A stretch of 32,000 nucleotides of DNA from Haloferax volcanii DS2 (GCF_000025685.1 NC_013967.1:2070001-2102000), one strand, 5' to 3'. Shown: positions 15,478 to 24,571, numbered from the stretch's first letter. A program made the numbers and translations. The notes: a model not told the origin generated them from the letters alone.

Positions 15478-16821
15478 ATGCGGCAGTCCCGTCGCTCGCG
15501 CTTCGGCGACCTGATTCGCGCCGCCGGCCCCAGCGACCGCCGCCGATTTCTCGCCGACCTCTGGACCGCCCGCGGGTGGGAGACGACCGTCGAGGGGTCC
15601 GTGGTCGTCGCCCGCCGCGGCGACCGAACCGAGCGACTCGCGGTCGTCTCTCGGTCTCGGCTCCGCCCGTCGCCAACGGTCCCCGCCGAGGCGACCGTCG
15701 TCGTCGCCCTCGGCGACCCCGAGCGAACCCGGCGCGCGGCCCCCGACGACGCCCGGGTTCTCTCGGTCGACGAGTTCTACGACCTCGTCCGGTACGGTCT
15801 CCCGGCGGGCCGCGGCGACGACCTCGTCGCAGACCACTTCGGCGTCCGCCTCGACGACCTCCCGGCCGATGACCGCGGCGTCGGTGCGAGGGGTGCGGAC
15901 GAGGCGGGTGGCGCAGTCGTCTCTCCGCTTTCTCGCCGGCTTTCGTCGCTCCCGGTCGCGCCGCTCGTCTTCGTCGCGCTCCTACTCGCGGCGGTCGTCG
16001 TGACCGCCGGGCCGGGCGGTGTACCGGTGCTCGGCGAGGCGCTGGGCGGTCATGGGTCGTCGACACCGACGCCGGCGGCGACGACTCCCGAGCCGACGCC
16101 GACGCCCGAGCCGCGGGCGGTCGCCCCCGGCGTGACAACCGCGGGCGTCGAGAACGCGACGCGCCTCGCGGCGGCCCACCGCCGGGCCGCGGCGAATCGG
16201 TCGTACCGCTGGACGCTCGGCTACCGCGAGTCAATCGCCGGCGACGAGACGGGCCGCGAGGTGGAGGTCGTCCGCGTCGAGGCCCCGCACGTCTACGTCT
16301 CGGAGGTCCGGCGCACCGGGCGACTCCGGGCTTTTCCGCGCCCGACCGCCTCGGAGGACTCCTACGCCGACGGGACCACGCGCTACGCCCGCCGGCCCGC
16401 CGAACCGGACGGCGTCGCCGCCCGCGTCCTCGACCCCGACGTGCGCGACGGCCCGGGGCGGCAGGCCTCCCGCGCCGCCCGCTATCTCGACTGGTATCTC
16501 TCGACCGACGAGACGAGCGTGACGCGCGTAGAGAGCGTGACGAACGAGACTGCCGAAAGCGGGACCGCGCTGTACCGAGTTCGGGGACTCGGCACCGACT
16601 TCCCGCGGTCGCGCGACTATCGGGTCGAAGCAGTCGTCGAAGAAAGCGGGTTCGTCCGCTCGATGCGCGTCGCCTACGAGACCCGCGACGGCCTCGGCGT
16701 CGAGGTCTGGTTCGCGTACGACGCGGTCGGCGGGACGACGGTCACGCGACCGGCGTGGCTCGACCGCGCCGACGGGTCGACCGGCGGTCGGACTGTGGTC
16801 CCGACGAACGCGAGCGGGTAG
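15478..16821 (+). CDS. Bitopic membrane protein: Arg-rich cytoplasmic N-domain, one TM, Thr/Pro linker, extracellular domain; function unknown
   Basis: 447 aa with an ATG start and high GC3. The TM is LPVAPLVFVALLLAAVVVTAG, followed by the linker SSTPTPAATTPEPTPTPEP and a ~230-aa C-terminal domain. Confidence 0.7.
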   Translation: MRQSRRSRFGDLIRAAGPSDRRRFLADLWTARGWETTVEGSVVVARRGDRTERLAVVSRSRLRPSPTVPAEATVVVALGDPERTRRAAPDDARVLSVDEFYDLVRYGLPAGRGDDLVADHFGVRLDDLPADDRGVGARGADEAGGAVVSPLSRRLSSLPVAPLVFVALLLAAVVVTAGPGGVPVLGEALGGHGSSTPTPAATTPEPTPTPEPRAVAPGVTTAGVENATRLAAAHRRAAANRSYRWTLGYRESIAGDETGREVEVVRVEAPHVYVSEVRRTGRLRAFPRPTASEDSYADGTTRYARRPAEPDGVAARVLDPDVRDGPGRQASRAARYLDWYLSTDETSVTRVESVTNETAESGTALYRVRGLGTDFPRSRDYRVEAVVEESGFVRSMRVAYETRDGLGVEVWFAYDAVGGTTVTRPAWLDRADGSTGGRTVVPTNASG

Positions 16822-16869
16822 CGACCGGGCGCGTGCCACCGGCCGAGGTCGTCCCGAGGTTCGCGGCGT

Positions 16870-17388
16870 TTACTGCTCGACGTCGACCGATTCGAGGACC
16901 ACGTCGGACACCGGCTTGTCCTCGCGGTCGGTCGGGACCGAGCCGATGTCCTCGACGACGTCCATGCCGTCCGTGACCTTCCCGAAGACGGCGTGCTTGC
17001 CGTTGAGATGGGGCTGGGCGTCGAGCGTGATGAAGAACTGCGAGCCGTTCGTGTTGGGGCCGCGGTTCGCCATCGAGAGCACGCCGGGGCCGTCGTGGCT
17101 GAGGTCCGAGTGGAACTCGTCGTCGAAGGTGTAGCCGGGGCCGCCGCGGCCGGTTCCCGTCGGGTCGCCGCCCTGAATCATGAAGTCCGAGATGATGCGG
17201 TGAAAGAGGATGTCCTCGTAGAGAGGCTCGCCCTCCATCGTCTCGTCCGTCTCGGGGTGGACCCACGTCTTCTCGCCCGTCGCGAGGCCGACGAAGTTCT
17301 CGACCGTGTTCGGGACCTTGTCCTCGAAGAGTTCGACCGTGATGTCGCCCTTGTTCGTGTGGAGCGTGGCCGTTGGGTTGTCGCTCAT
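16870..17388 (-). CDS. ppiA: Cyclophilin-type peptidyl-prolyl cis-trans isomerase
   Basis: 172 aa with [25 protein letters not shown] and [24 protein letters not shown] lies at -25..-30. Confidence 0.93.
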   Translation of the reverse strand: MSDNPTATLHTNKGDITVELFEDKVPNTVENFVGLATGEKTWVHPETDETMEGEPLYEDILFHRIISDFMIQGGDPTGTGRGGPGYTFDDEFHSDLSHDGPGVLSMANRGPNTNGSQFFITLDAQPHLNGKHAVFGKVTDGMDVVEDIGSVPTDREDKPVSDVVLESVDVEQ

Positions 17389-17595
17389 ACTCGACCCGTC
17401 GGGCGGGCGAGTGAAAACCGTGCCGCCTCGGGGTCGGTCGCCGGCGACGCGGCGCTTGTTTCATCCTCGGTGACACGACTCCGTTCGGTCCGCGTCTTTC
17501 GGTCGGCACCGCTGACTGTCACACCGACAGACGTTTCTCTCCCCCGCGACCGAGTGGTGTGAGATGACATCACAATTCCACGGAGGGCGGTCGGA

Positions 17596-18573
17596 ATGAA
17601 CGCCCGCTCGACCCTCGAACGCCTGTCGGAACTCGCCAACACCTACTTCGTCGGCCTCGTGCTCCTCGCGTCGGCCGCCGCGTTGGCGCAGCCGGACCTG
17701 TTCACGTGGATTGCGCCCTACATCTCGCCGCTCCTCGGGCTCATCATGCTCGGGATGGGGCTGACACTCCAGCCCGTTGACTTCCGTCGACTCGCGGAGC
17801 ACCCGCGAGACGTGGCCATCGGCGCGCTCGCCCAGTGGCTCATCATGCCGACCGCCGCCTACGCGCTCACGGTGGTTCTCTCACTGCCGCCGGAGCTCGC
17901 GGTCGGCGTCATCCTCGTCGGCGCGGCCCCCGGCGGCACCGCCTCGAACGTCATGGCCTACCTCGGCAAGGGGGACGTGGCGCTCTCGGTCGCCATCACG
18001 ACCGTCACCACGCTGGCCGCGCCGCTGGTCATGCCCGCGTGGGTCGTCGCGCTCGCCGGCGAACAGCTTCAAGTCGGCTTCGTGGACCTGTTTCTCAATA
18101 TCGTCCAAATCGTCTTCATCCCGGTCGTCCTCGGCTTCGCGCTCCGAGTCGTGCTCGACCGCAACGCGCCCGAGGTTGCCGAAGTCGGCCTCGACGTGTT
18201 CCCGCTCGTCTCGGTCCTGAGCATCGTCGCCATCGTCGCGGCCGTCGTCGGCCTCAACGTCGATACCATCCTCGGCGCGGGCGCGGCCGCCATCGGAGCC
18301 GTCGTCCTCCACAACGCTATCGGCCTCGGCACCGGCTACGGCACCGGCCGCCTCGCCGGGATGTCCGCGGACCGCGTCAGAACGACCACGTTCGAAGTCG
18401 GCCTCCAGAACAGCGGGCTCGCGGCGGCCCTCGCGCTGTCGTTCTTCTCGCCCGCCGCCGCCCTGCCGCCCGCGCTGTTCAGCGTCTGGCACAACATCAC
18501 CGGCCCGCTCCTCGCCAGCTACTTCGCGCGAACTGCGAGCGACTCCGCCGGTGACGCGCCGGCTGACGACTGA
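17596..18573 (+). CDS. Bile acid:sodium symporter (BASS/SBF) family transporter
   Basis: 325 aa with about 9-10 hydrophobic helices and family-typical segments (LGLIMLGMGLTL, GAAPGGTASNVM, EVGLQNSGLAAALA). GGAGGG lies 8-13 nt upstream of the ATG. Confidence 0.88.
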   Translation: MNARSTLERLSELANTYFVGLVLLASAAALAQPDLFTWIAPYISPLLGLIMLGMGLTLQPVDFRRLAEHPRDVAIGALAQWLIMPTAAYALTVVLSLPPELAVGVILVGAAPGGTASNVMAYLGKGDVALSVAITTVTTLAAPLVMPAWVVALAGEQLQVGFVDLFLNIVQIVFIPVVLGFALRVVLDRNAPEVAEVGLDVFPLVSVLSIVAIVAAVVGLNVDTILGAGAAAIGAVVLHNAIGLGTGYGTGRLAGMSADRVRTTTFEVGLQNSGLAAALALSFFSPAAALPPALFSVWHNITGPLLASYFARTASDSAGDAPADD

Positions 18574-18642
18574 ATCGTTCGTCGCAGTCTCGTCGTTGCG
18601 CCCCGTCTCGTCGGGTCGGAACCGATTCGGGGGTAATGTATT

Positions 18643-18900
18643 GTGTGGAGTAAACATCACTGTGTGATTCGAAACGTCGGCACACTCGACCGGACTGTTC
18701 GCCTCGCGCTCGGCGCGCTCCTCGTCGTCGGCGTCGGAAGCTACGCGGGGCTGTTCTCGCTCGGGTTCGGCCCGGTTCCCGCGGCGCTCGGTGCCGCGTT
18801 CGTCGCCGTCGCCGGCGTCGTCCTGCTCGTGACCGGGGCCGGCCGGATTTCCCCGCTGTACCTGCCGTTCGGCATCGACACGTTCGACGACCGGGACTGA
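18643..18900 (+). CDS. DUF2892 (YgaP-like) small membrane protein; a start at GTG 18664 is equally or more likely
   Basis: The NVGTLDRTVRLALGALL motif is followed by two hydrophobic helices. Both candidate starts are GTG. An AT-rich TAATGTATTG at 18624..18633 favours the 18664 start. Confidence 0.6.
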   Translation: MWSKHHCVIRNVGTLDRTVRLALGALLVVGVGSYAGLFSLGFGPVPAALGAAFVAVAGVVLLVTGAGRISPLYLPFGIDTFDDRD

Positions 18901-18986
18901 CGCCTGCGGCTCGCCCCGCCGCGCTCCGCTCCGTCTGCCTTTCTCGCTCCCCTAACTACAAGACACCCCACCGCGATGCGTCGGAT

Positions 18987-20012
18987 ATGCACACCGCGGA
19001 GACCGTGACGCTCACTCGCCTACCCTCCGGCGTCCCGGTACAGACGACAGTTCACACCTACGAACCAGCCGACGGGACCGACGGTCCCACGCTCTACGTG
19101 CAGGCCGCCCAGCACGGCCGGGAAATCAACGGCACCGAAGTGCTCCGCCGACTCCACGGCCACCTCGAACGCGCAGAGCTCTCGGGCCGCGTCGTCGCCG
19201 TCCCCGTGGCCGACCCGCTGACGTTCGACCGCGTCTCCTACGTCACCCCCGAGGTGCTCGACTCCGTCAACTCCAACATGAACCGCGTCTGGCCGGGCGA
19301 CCCCGACGGCTCGCTGCACCAGCGCATGGCCGCGACGCTCTGGGAGTACATCAGCGACGCCGACGCCATCGTCGACCTCCACACGGGGAGTCCGGACATG
19401 CTCACCCACACGGTCTACCTCCGGGGCGACGAGGAATCCCGCGACCTCGCGCGGGCGTTCGGCGTCGACATCCTCCTCGCGGAGGCCGCCGGCGACGAAG
19501 CCGACGACGAGTGGACCGAGCGGAGCTTCGACGGCAAACTCCGCGTCGCGGCCACGAACGCGGGCATCCCCTCCATCACGCCCGAACTCGCCCACAACAA
19601 ACAGCTCGTCGAGCCGGCCATCGTCGCCGGCGTCGAGGGCGTCCTCAACGTCTGCCGCGACATGGGCATCCTCTCGGGCGCGGTCGAACCGTGGGACGGC
19701 CGCACCTATCGCAACCACCTCGGCCGCGTGCAGGCCGCCGCCTCGGGCCTGTTCGTCGCCCGCGAGGACGTCGAACTCGCCCGCGAGGTCCGCCCCGGCG
19801 ACCACCTCGGCTGGGTGTACGACCCGACCACCTACGAGGTGCTCCAAGAGGTCGAAGCCGAGCGCGCGGGTCTCGTCTACTCTATCGCCCGCGAGGCGAC
19901 CGTCACGGCCGGCGAGACGCTCGTCGGCATCGCGCTCCCGCTGGACGACGGCGAGGGCGACGGCGAGGAAGACGACCCCTTCGACGAGGCCGACGGCGAC
20001 CTCGACATCTAG
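18987..20012 (+). CDS. Succinylglutamate desuccinylase/aspartoacylase (AstE/AspA, M14-like) family deacylase
   Basis: 341 aa. The pattern VQAAQHGREINGTE ... NRVWPG ... DLHTG is the family's H-x-x-E ... H zinc-ligand arrangement. The C-terminal tail is acidic. Confidence 0.8.
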   Translation: MHTAETVTLTRLPSGVPVQTTVHTYEPADGTDGPTLYVQAAQHGREINGTEVLRRLHGHLERAELSGRVVAVPVADPLTFDRVSYVTPEVLDSVNSNMNRVWPGDPDGSLHQRMAATLWEYISDADAIVDLHTGSPDMLTHTVYLRGDEESRDLARAFGVDILLAEAAGDEADDEWTERSFDGKLRVAATNAGIPSITPELAHNKQLVEPAIVAGVEGVLNVCRDMGILSGAVEPWDGRTYRNHLGRVQAAASGLFVAREDVELAREVRPGDHLGWVYDPTTYEVLQEVEAERAGLVYSIAREATVTAGETLVGIALPLDDGEGDGEEDDPFDEADGDLDI

Positions 20013-20046
20013 AAAAAAGCCGGTCGGTCGAACGGGAGGGACCGGC
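20013..20046 (-). terminator. Hairpin plus U6 terminator candidate for the minus-strand TrpD-like gene
   Basis: A 7-bp stem gccggtc/gaccggc (20019..20025 / 20040..20046) with a 14-nt loop. On the minus strand it is followed immediately by TTTTTT (20018..20013), 36 nt after the stop codon. Confidence 0.45.
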
Positions 20047-20081
20047 GTGTCGAAGCGAAAGCGTTCGAGTCGACTGCGACT

Positions 20082-21164
20082 TCAGAAGTCGCGCAGGTCT
20101 TCGAGCACGGCTTCCGCGTCGCCGGAGGCGATGGTCTCGCGGGCCATCTCCAGCCCCTCGTCGATGGTTTCCGCGTCCTCGCGGGCGTAGATGCGGAGCG
20201 CCGCGTTGAGGGCGACGGCGTCGGCGAAGCGGTCCTCGCGCTCGCCGGCGAGCACGGCTTCGGTGATTTCGGCGGAGTCGCCGGCCACGTCGTCCTCGTC
20301 GACGCCGAGGTCGTCGTACTCGAAGTCCATGCCGTACTCGGCGGTCTCGATGTCGAAGTCGTCGAAGGTGGTCTCGCCGTCGTCGCCGGTGGTCCACTCG
20401 GCGACCTTCGTGTAGCCGGGGCGGATGTCGTCGTAGCCCTCCATGCCCTGGAACATGAGCACGCGGTCGAGGTCGTGGTGCTCGCTCGCCTCGAAGGTGT
20501 TGACCATCTTCTTGGCGAACGCGAGGTGGTAGAACGACCCGAGGTGAACCGAGGCGTTCGCGGGGTTGGCGATGGTCTCGATGGTGTTGACGAACGTCCG
20601 AACGCCCATGTTGTCGCGGCGCTCCCAGAGCGCGTGGATGGCGGGGTTGAACCGCGGCTGGTAGTAGAAGCCGAAGCCGGTGTCGTCGACCATGTCGGCG
20701 GACTCCTCGGGGTCGAGTTCCGTGCGGACGCCGAGTTCGTCGAGGACGTGCTTGTAGGCGTCCTGCTTCTGGGTCGGGACGCGGTCGCCGGAGTGGACGA
20801 CGACGGGCGTGCCGGCCGCGGCGGCGACGACGCCGGCGGCGACGCCGAGGATGGCGGTCGTGCCCTTGCCGTCGTAGTTCGCGCCGCAGTCGACGGGGTC
20901 GGCGTCGGGTTCGGCGTACTCGACGTGCTCGGCCATCACGTCGGCGTAGGCGGCGAGTTCCTCGGCGTTGTTGTGCTTCCAGCGGTTGGCGAGCCAGAAC
21001 GCGCCGAGCGTCGTGTGGTCCGGTTCGCCGGCGAGGATGCGGCGCATCGCCTCGGACGCCTGCTCGCGGGTCATGTCCTCGGCGGACTTCGTGCCCGTGC
21101 CGACGACTTCCGTCATCAGACGCTTCAGCGGCCATTCCCCGAACTCGCTTTCGACTACTGCCAT
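20082..21164 (-). CDS. Anthranilate phosphoribosyltransferase-like (glycosyltransferase family 3) paralogue with a divergent active-site region
   Basis: 360 aa. The N-terminal helical domain and Rossmann-like core align in pattern with TrpD. The canonical GTGGD and KHGN motifs are replaced by DCGANYDGKG and VVVHSGDR. Confidence 0.75.
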   Translation of the reverse strand: MAVVESEFGEWPLKRLMTEVVGTGTKSAEDMTREQASEAMRRILAGEPDHTTLGAFWLANRWKHNNAEELAAYADVMAEHVEYAEPDADPVDCGANYDGKGTTAILGVAAGVVAAAAGTPVVVHSGDRVPTQKQDAYKHVLDELGVRTELDPEESADMVDDTGFGFYYQPRFNPAIHALWERRDNMGVRTFVNTIETIANPANASVHLGSFYHLAFAKKMVNTFEASEHHDLDRVLMFQGMEGYDDIRPGYTKVAEWTTGDDGETTFDDFDIETAEYGMDFEYDDLGVDEDDVAGDSAEITEAVLAGEREDRFADAVALNAALRIYAREDAETIDEGLEMARETIASGDAEAVLEDLRDF

Positions 21165-21188
21165 GCCCCTGTGTTCGGGCGAGCGGTC

Positions 21189-21194
21189 AAAAAA
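21189..21194 (-). promoter_or_regulatory. T6 TATA-like tract for the TrpD-like gene
   Basis: Located at -25..-30 from the ATG at 21164. Confidence 0.35.
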
Positions 21195-21272
21195 CGTCCC
21201 GTTCGGTCTCGTCGCCCGGGAGCGTCGACACCGTCCGAAAGCGATAGGCTTCCCGACTCCTAACGCCGGATA

Positions 21273-22316
21273 ATGAGCGCGTTGTCGGATGATTGGCGGG
21301 ACGCCATCGACGAGGTCGATGCGGCGCTTATCGACGGCTACCAGAGCGGCTTTCCGGTCGAGCGACGGCCGTTCCGCGTCGTCGCCGCGGAGCTAGGTAT
21401 CGACGAGGACGACGCCCTCGACCGCGTCCGCCGGCTCCGCGACGACGGCGTCTTCCGGCGGTTCGGGCCGGTGCTCAACCCGCCGGTCATCGGGAGTTCG
21501 ACGCTCGCGGCCGTCTCCGCGCCCGAGGAACGCTTCGACGAGGTCGCGGAGATTATCAACGGCTACCGGCAGGTGAACCACAACTACCGCCGCGCCCACG
21601 ACTGGAACATGTGGTTCGTCGTCACCGCCGGCTCCCGCGAGACGCGCGACCGCATCCTCGACGAAATCGAGGAGCGCACGGGCTGCGAGGTGCTGAACCT
21701 CCCGATGCTCACCGACTACTACATCGACCTCGAATTCCCCATCGTCAACGACGACCGCTTCGCCCGCGAGAGCCTCGGCGCGACCGACGTGAGCGCCACC
21801 CGCATCTCCGAGGACGCGACCGGCGACCTCTCGGACCTCGAAGCCCGCCTGCTCGTGGAGATTCAGGGCGGTTTCCCGCTTACGAAGACGCCCTACCGCG
21901 ACGTGGCCGACGCCCTCGACGCCGCGGTCGACGACGTGCTCGTCGCCGTCGAGCGCCTGCTCGCGGACGGCTGTATCAAGCGCATCGGCTGCGTCGTCAA
22001 CCACATCGTCACCGGCTTTCGGAACAACTGCATGGTCGTCTGGAACGTCCCCGACGACGAACTCGACGCCCGCGGCGAGGCCGTCGGCAGCCTCCCGTAC
22101 GTCACGCTCTGTTACCACCGGCCGCGCCGCCCCGAGCAGGGCTGGGAGTACAACCTGTTTACCATGATTCACGGCCGGGACGCCGACGCCGTCGACGAGA
22201 AGATAGACGAACTCGCCGCCGACCACCTGCCGTTCGACCACGAGCGACTGTACTCGACGGCGAAACTCAAGCAGACCGGCGCGCAGTACGAGAAGCTCGT
22301 GGGTTCTGACGACTGA
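21273..22316 (+). CDS. Siroheme decarboxylase-type protein: tandem AhbA/AhbB (NirD/L-like, Lrp/AsnC-derived) domains in one polypeptide
   Basis: 347 aa built from two homologous halves (IDGYQSGFPVERRPF...NHNYRR... and LLVEIQGGFPLTKTPY...VTLCYHRP...). This is typical of alternative heme biosynthesis AhbA/B and NirDL proteins. Confidence 0.75.
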   Translation: MSALSDDWRDAIDEVDAALIDGYQSGFPVERRPFRVVAAELGIDEDDALDRVRRLRDDGVFRRFGPVLNPPVIGSSTLAAVSAPEERFDEVAEIINGYRQVNHNYRRAHDWNMWFVVTAGSRETRDRILDEIEERTGCEVLNLPMLTDYYIDLEFPIVNDDRFARESLGATDVSATRISEDATGDLSDLEARLLVEIQGGFPLTKTPYRDVADALDAAVDDVLVAVERLLADGCIKRIGCVVNHIVTGFRNNCMVVWNVPDDELDARGEAVGSLPYVTLCYHRPRRPEQGWEYNLFTMIHGRDADAVDEKIDELAADHLPFDHERLYSTAKLKQTGAQYEKLVGSDD

Positions 22317-22374
22317 GGACAGAACAAAATTCGCGTTTCGACGCCCGCGCCGCCGTCCGCGCCGAATCAGGCCG

Positions 22375-23244
22375 CTACCGCGACAGCGGCGACAGCCGGT
22401 AGAGCATCCGCGCGGCCTGCGCGACGCCCGTCTTCGCCAGCGACCCGCTTTTGAGCGCGCCGAGTTTCGCGTAGTAGCCGGACTTGAACGCGCCTTTCTT
22501 GGCGAGGAGCGCGCTCCCGAGCGCCCCGCGCTTGGCGTAGTACGCGGACTTCCGGCCGGCCGCGCCGGCGTAGTGTTTGGTGCTCGTCGGAATCGGCGTC
22601 CGGCGGCCCTGTACCTCGGTCGAGCCGCTGCGGATGGCGGTCAGGATGTCGTCGGCCGTGAGCGAAGCGCGCGACACGTCGGGGATGTCGATTTCCGTGT
22701 AGGCGCGGCCGACGTACCCGACCCGGTGGGCGTCGCTGCCGGCGACGCCTGGGTACTGGCGCTTCGCCGCGAACCGGCGGGCGCGGCGGTTCTTGTAGCC
22801 CGTGAACAGCCACGAGTTGTACGTCTCGATGGCGTCGAAGGCGTCGCCGCCCGCGGCGTCGTGATACCGGCCGAGCCGACGGCGACCGATGCCGTGTCGG
22901 CTCCGCTGGAACGGGTGGGGGACGATGGCGACGCCGCCGCGCTCGCGCACCCAGCGCGCCGTCTCGTCCAGCGGGCGACGCCGCGGCGGTAGCTCCTCCA
23001 CGCCGAGCGCGAGCAGGTGGCCGTCGGCCGTCGAGACTTCCACGCCGGGGATGCCCACGAGACCGTACATGGGGGCGAGTTGCGCCGCTCGGAGCGACTC
23101 GTCGATGACGTCGTGGTCGGTGACGACGACGGCGTCCAACCCGATTTCGGCGGCCTGCTCCAAGATGAGCTCCACCGAGTCGTGCGCGTCGTACGAGCCT
23201 TCCGAGTGTACGTGGGGGTCGATGCGGACGGTCAGCGCGGACAC
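22375..23244 (-). CDS. PHP-domain metal-dependent phosphoesterase with a Lys-rich repeated C-terminal extension
   Basis: 289 aa with a GTG start. PHP motifs are IDPHVHS, VVVTDHD, VPHP and GSDAH. The last ~65 aa contain two 22-aa repeats. Confidence 0.85.
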   Translation of the reverse strand: MSALTVRIDPHVHSEGSYDAHDSVELILEQAAEIGLDAVVVTDHDVIDESLRAAQLAPMYGLVGIPGVEVSTADGHLLALGVEELPPRRRPLDETARWVRERGGVAIVPHPFQRSRHGIGRRRLGRYHDAAGGDAFDAIETYNSWLFTGYKNRRARRFAAKRQYPGVAGSDAHRVGYVGRAYTEIDIPDVSRASLTADDILTAIRSGSTEVQGRRTPIPTSTKHYAGAAGRKSAYYAKRGALGSALLAKKGAFKSGYYAKLGALKSGSLAKTGVAQAARMLYRLSPLSR

Positions 23245-23380
23245 GACTCCTCGTTAGGCTTCGGCAACGAAAAAGACACGCCCGAATCGTGCTAGCTCGC
23301 GGCACTCCCAGCGGACGGCGTCTCAGTCGGGGCAGACACGGTACTCCGGCGGCGGAAACGTCGAACTGTGTCCGCGGGCG

Positions 23381-24415
23381 CTACTGCTCGGCGATTCGCT
23401 CGCCCGCGTCGACGCCGCTCCAGAGCGCGGCGTGGACCCGGCCCTCACCGACCGTCCAGTCGCCAGCGAAGTAGAGGCCGTGAGACTCCCCGCGGCGGAG
23501 TATCTCGCGGTCGGCGACGCCGTCGGGCAGCGCGTACCGCCAGCCCTGGTCGTCCACCCAGTCGGGGTCGCGCAGGCGCTCGTCGCCGAGGAGTCCAGCG
23601 ACCATCCCCGCGACCTCGTCGGCCGCGTCAGAGAGCGGGTCGTCGTAGTGCGCCTCGGACCACTCGGGGCTCGGTTGGACGACGAGCAGGCTCTCGCCGT
23701 CGGGGACGTGGCCCTCCTTGCACTCCTCGCGGGCGACCCAGCCGACCGGGTGGGTCTTGTCGGTGTTGACGAGCGCGTACCACGGCTCCTCGCGCTCGAA
23801 GGGGTAGTGGAGGACGACGGTTCGAATCGTCCGGTGCTCGACGCTCCCGATGGCCTCGCGGAGCGCGACCATGCACTGGTCGCCCCAGCCCATCTCGGTG
23901 AGAATCCCGGCCGTCTGCGGGGCCGGCGGCGTCAGGAGCACCGAGTCGAACGGGCCGTGGCGCGTCCCCGCCTCGTCGACGACGGACCAGTAGCCGCTGT
24001 CGGGGTTGTGGTCGATTGCGGCGACGCGCGTCTCCCGCTCGACGGTCGCGTCGGTCTCCGCGAGCAGGCGCTTCGCCAGTTGGGTGATGCCCTCGGTCCA
24101 CGTCCACTTGTGTTGGTCGCGGTCGTCGCCCTCGGAGACGACGCCGTCGCCGTCGAACGTCCAGACCGGCTCTTCGATGTCGACCAGCCCCTCTGTTCCC
24201 AGTCCGCGGACGAGCCGTTCGGTGCGGCGGTCGTAGTCTTTCACGTAGTTCGCGCCGTGGTCGTACCGACAGCCGTGTCGGCGGCGCGTCGCGGCGCGCC
24301 CGCACACCCCGCGGCTCTTCTCGAGAATCGTGACGTTCGCGTTCGCCTCGCGGAGCGCGTAGGCCGCGCCAGCCCCAGCGGCCCCGGCTCCGACGATGCA
24401 CACGTCGCGAGTCAT
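23381..24415 (-). CDS. FAD/NAD(P)-dependent oxidoreductase (amine-oxidase/renalase-like fold)
   Basis: 344 aa with an N-terminal dinucleotide-binding motif VCIVGAGAAGAGAAYAL..E and a C-terminal FAD motif LYFAGDW. Confidence 0.8.
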   Translation of the reverse strand: MTRDVCIVGAGAAGAGAAYALREANANVTILEKSRGVCGRAATRRRHGCRYDHGANYVKDYDRRTERLVRGLGTEGLVDIEEPVWTFDGDGVVSEGDDRDQHKWTWTEGITQLAKRLLAETDATVERETRVAAIDHNPDSGYWSVVDEAGTRHGPFDSVLLTPPAPQTAGILTEMGWGDQCMVALREAIGSVEHRTIRTVVLHYPFEREEPWYALVNTDKTHPVGWVAREECKEGHVPDGESLLVVQPSPEWSEAHYDDPLSDAADEVAGMVAGLLGDERLRDPDWVDDQGWRYALPDGVADREILRRGESHGLYFAGDWTVGEGRVHAALWSGVDAGERIAEQ

Positions 24416-24571
24416 CTCGCCACCCCGCGTGTGAGTCCAGCCAGCATCGGTCAGACGTGAGGCTTCGAGGCGCTAAAAGACTCGCAACGCGGCGTGATTG
24501 GTGACCGTGTTCGCGCCCGCGACCGCGCCCGGAGGCGAAAACGATTCACGTCGCGCCGCCGGAGTCCGTGT

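Noticed and set aside
20072-20092. Inverted repeat gcgactt-cag-aagtcgc spanning the stop codon of the TrpD-like gene, considered as a recoding or terminator signal.
   Set aside because: It is a short 7-bp stem with a 3-nt loop lying inside coding sequence. A much better hairpin plus U6 terminator lies 36 nt downstream, and there is no in-frame extension of interest beyond the stop.
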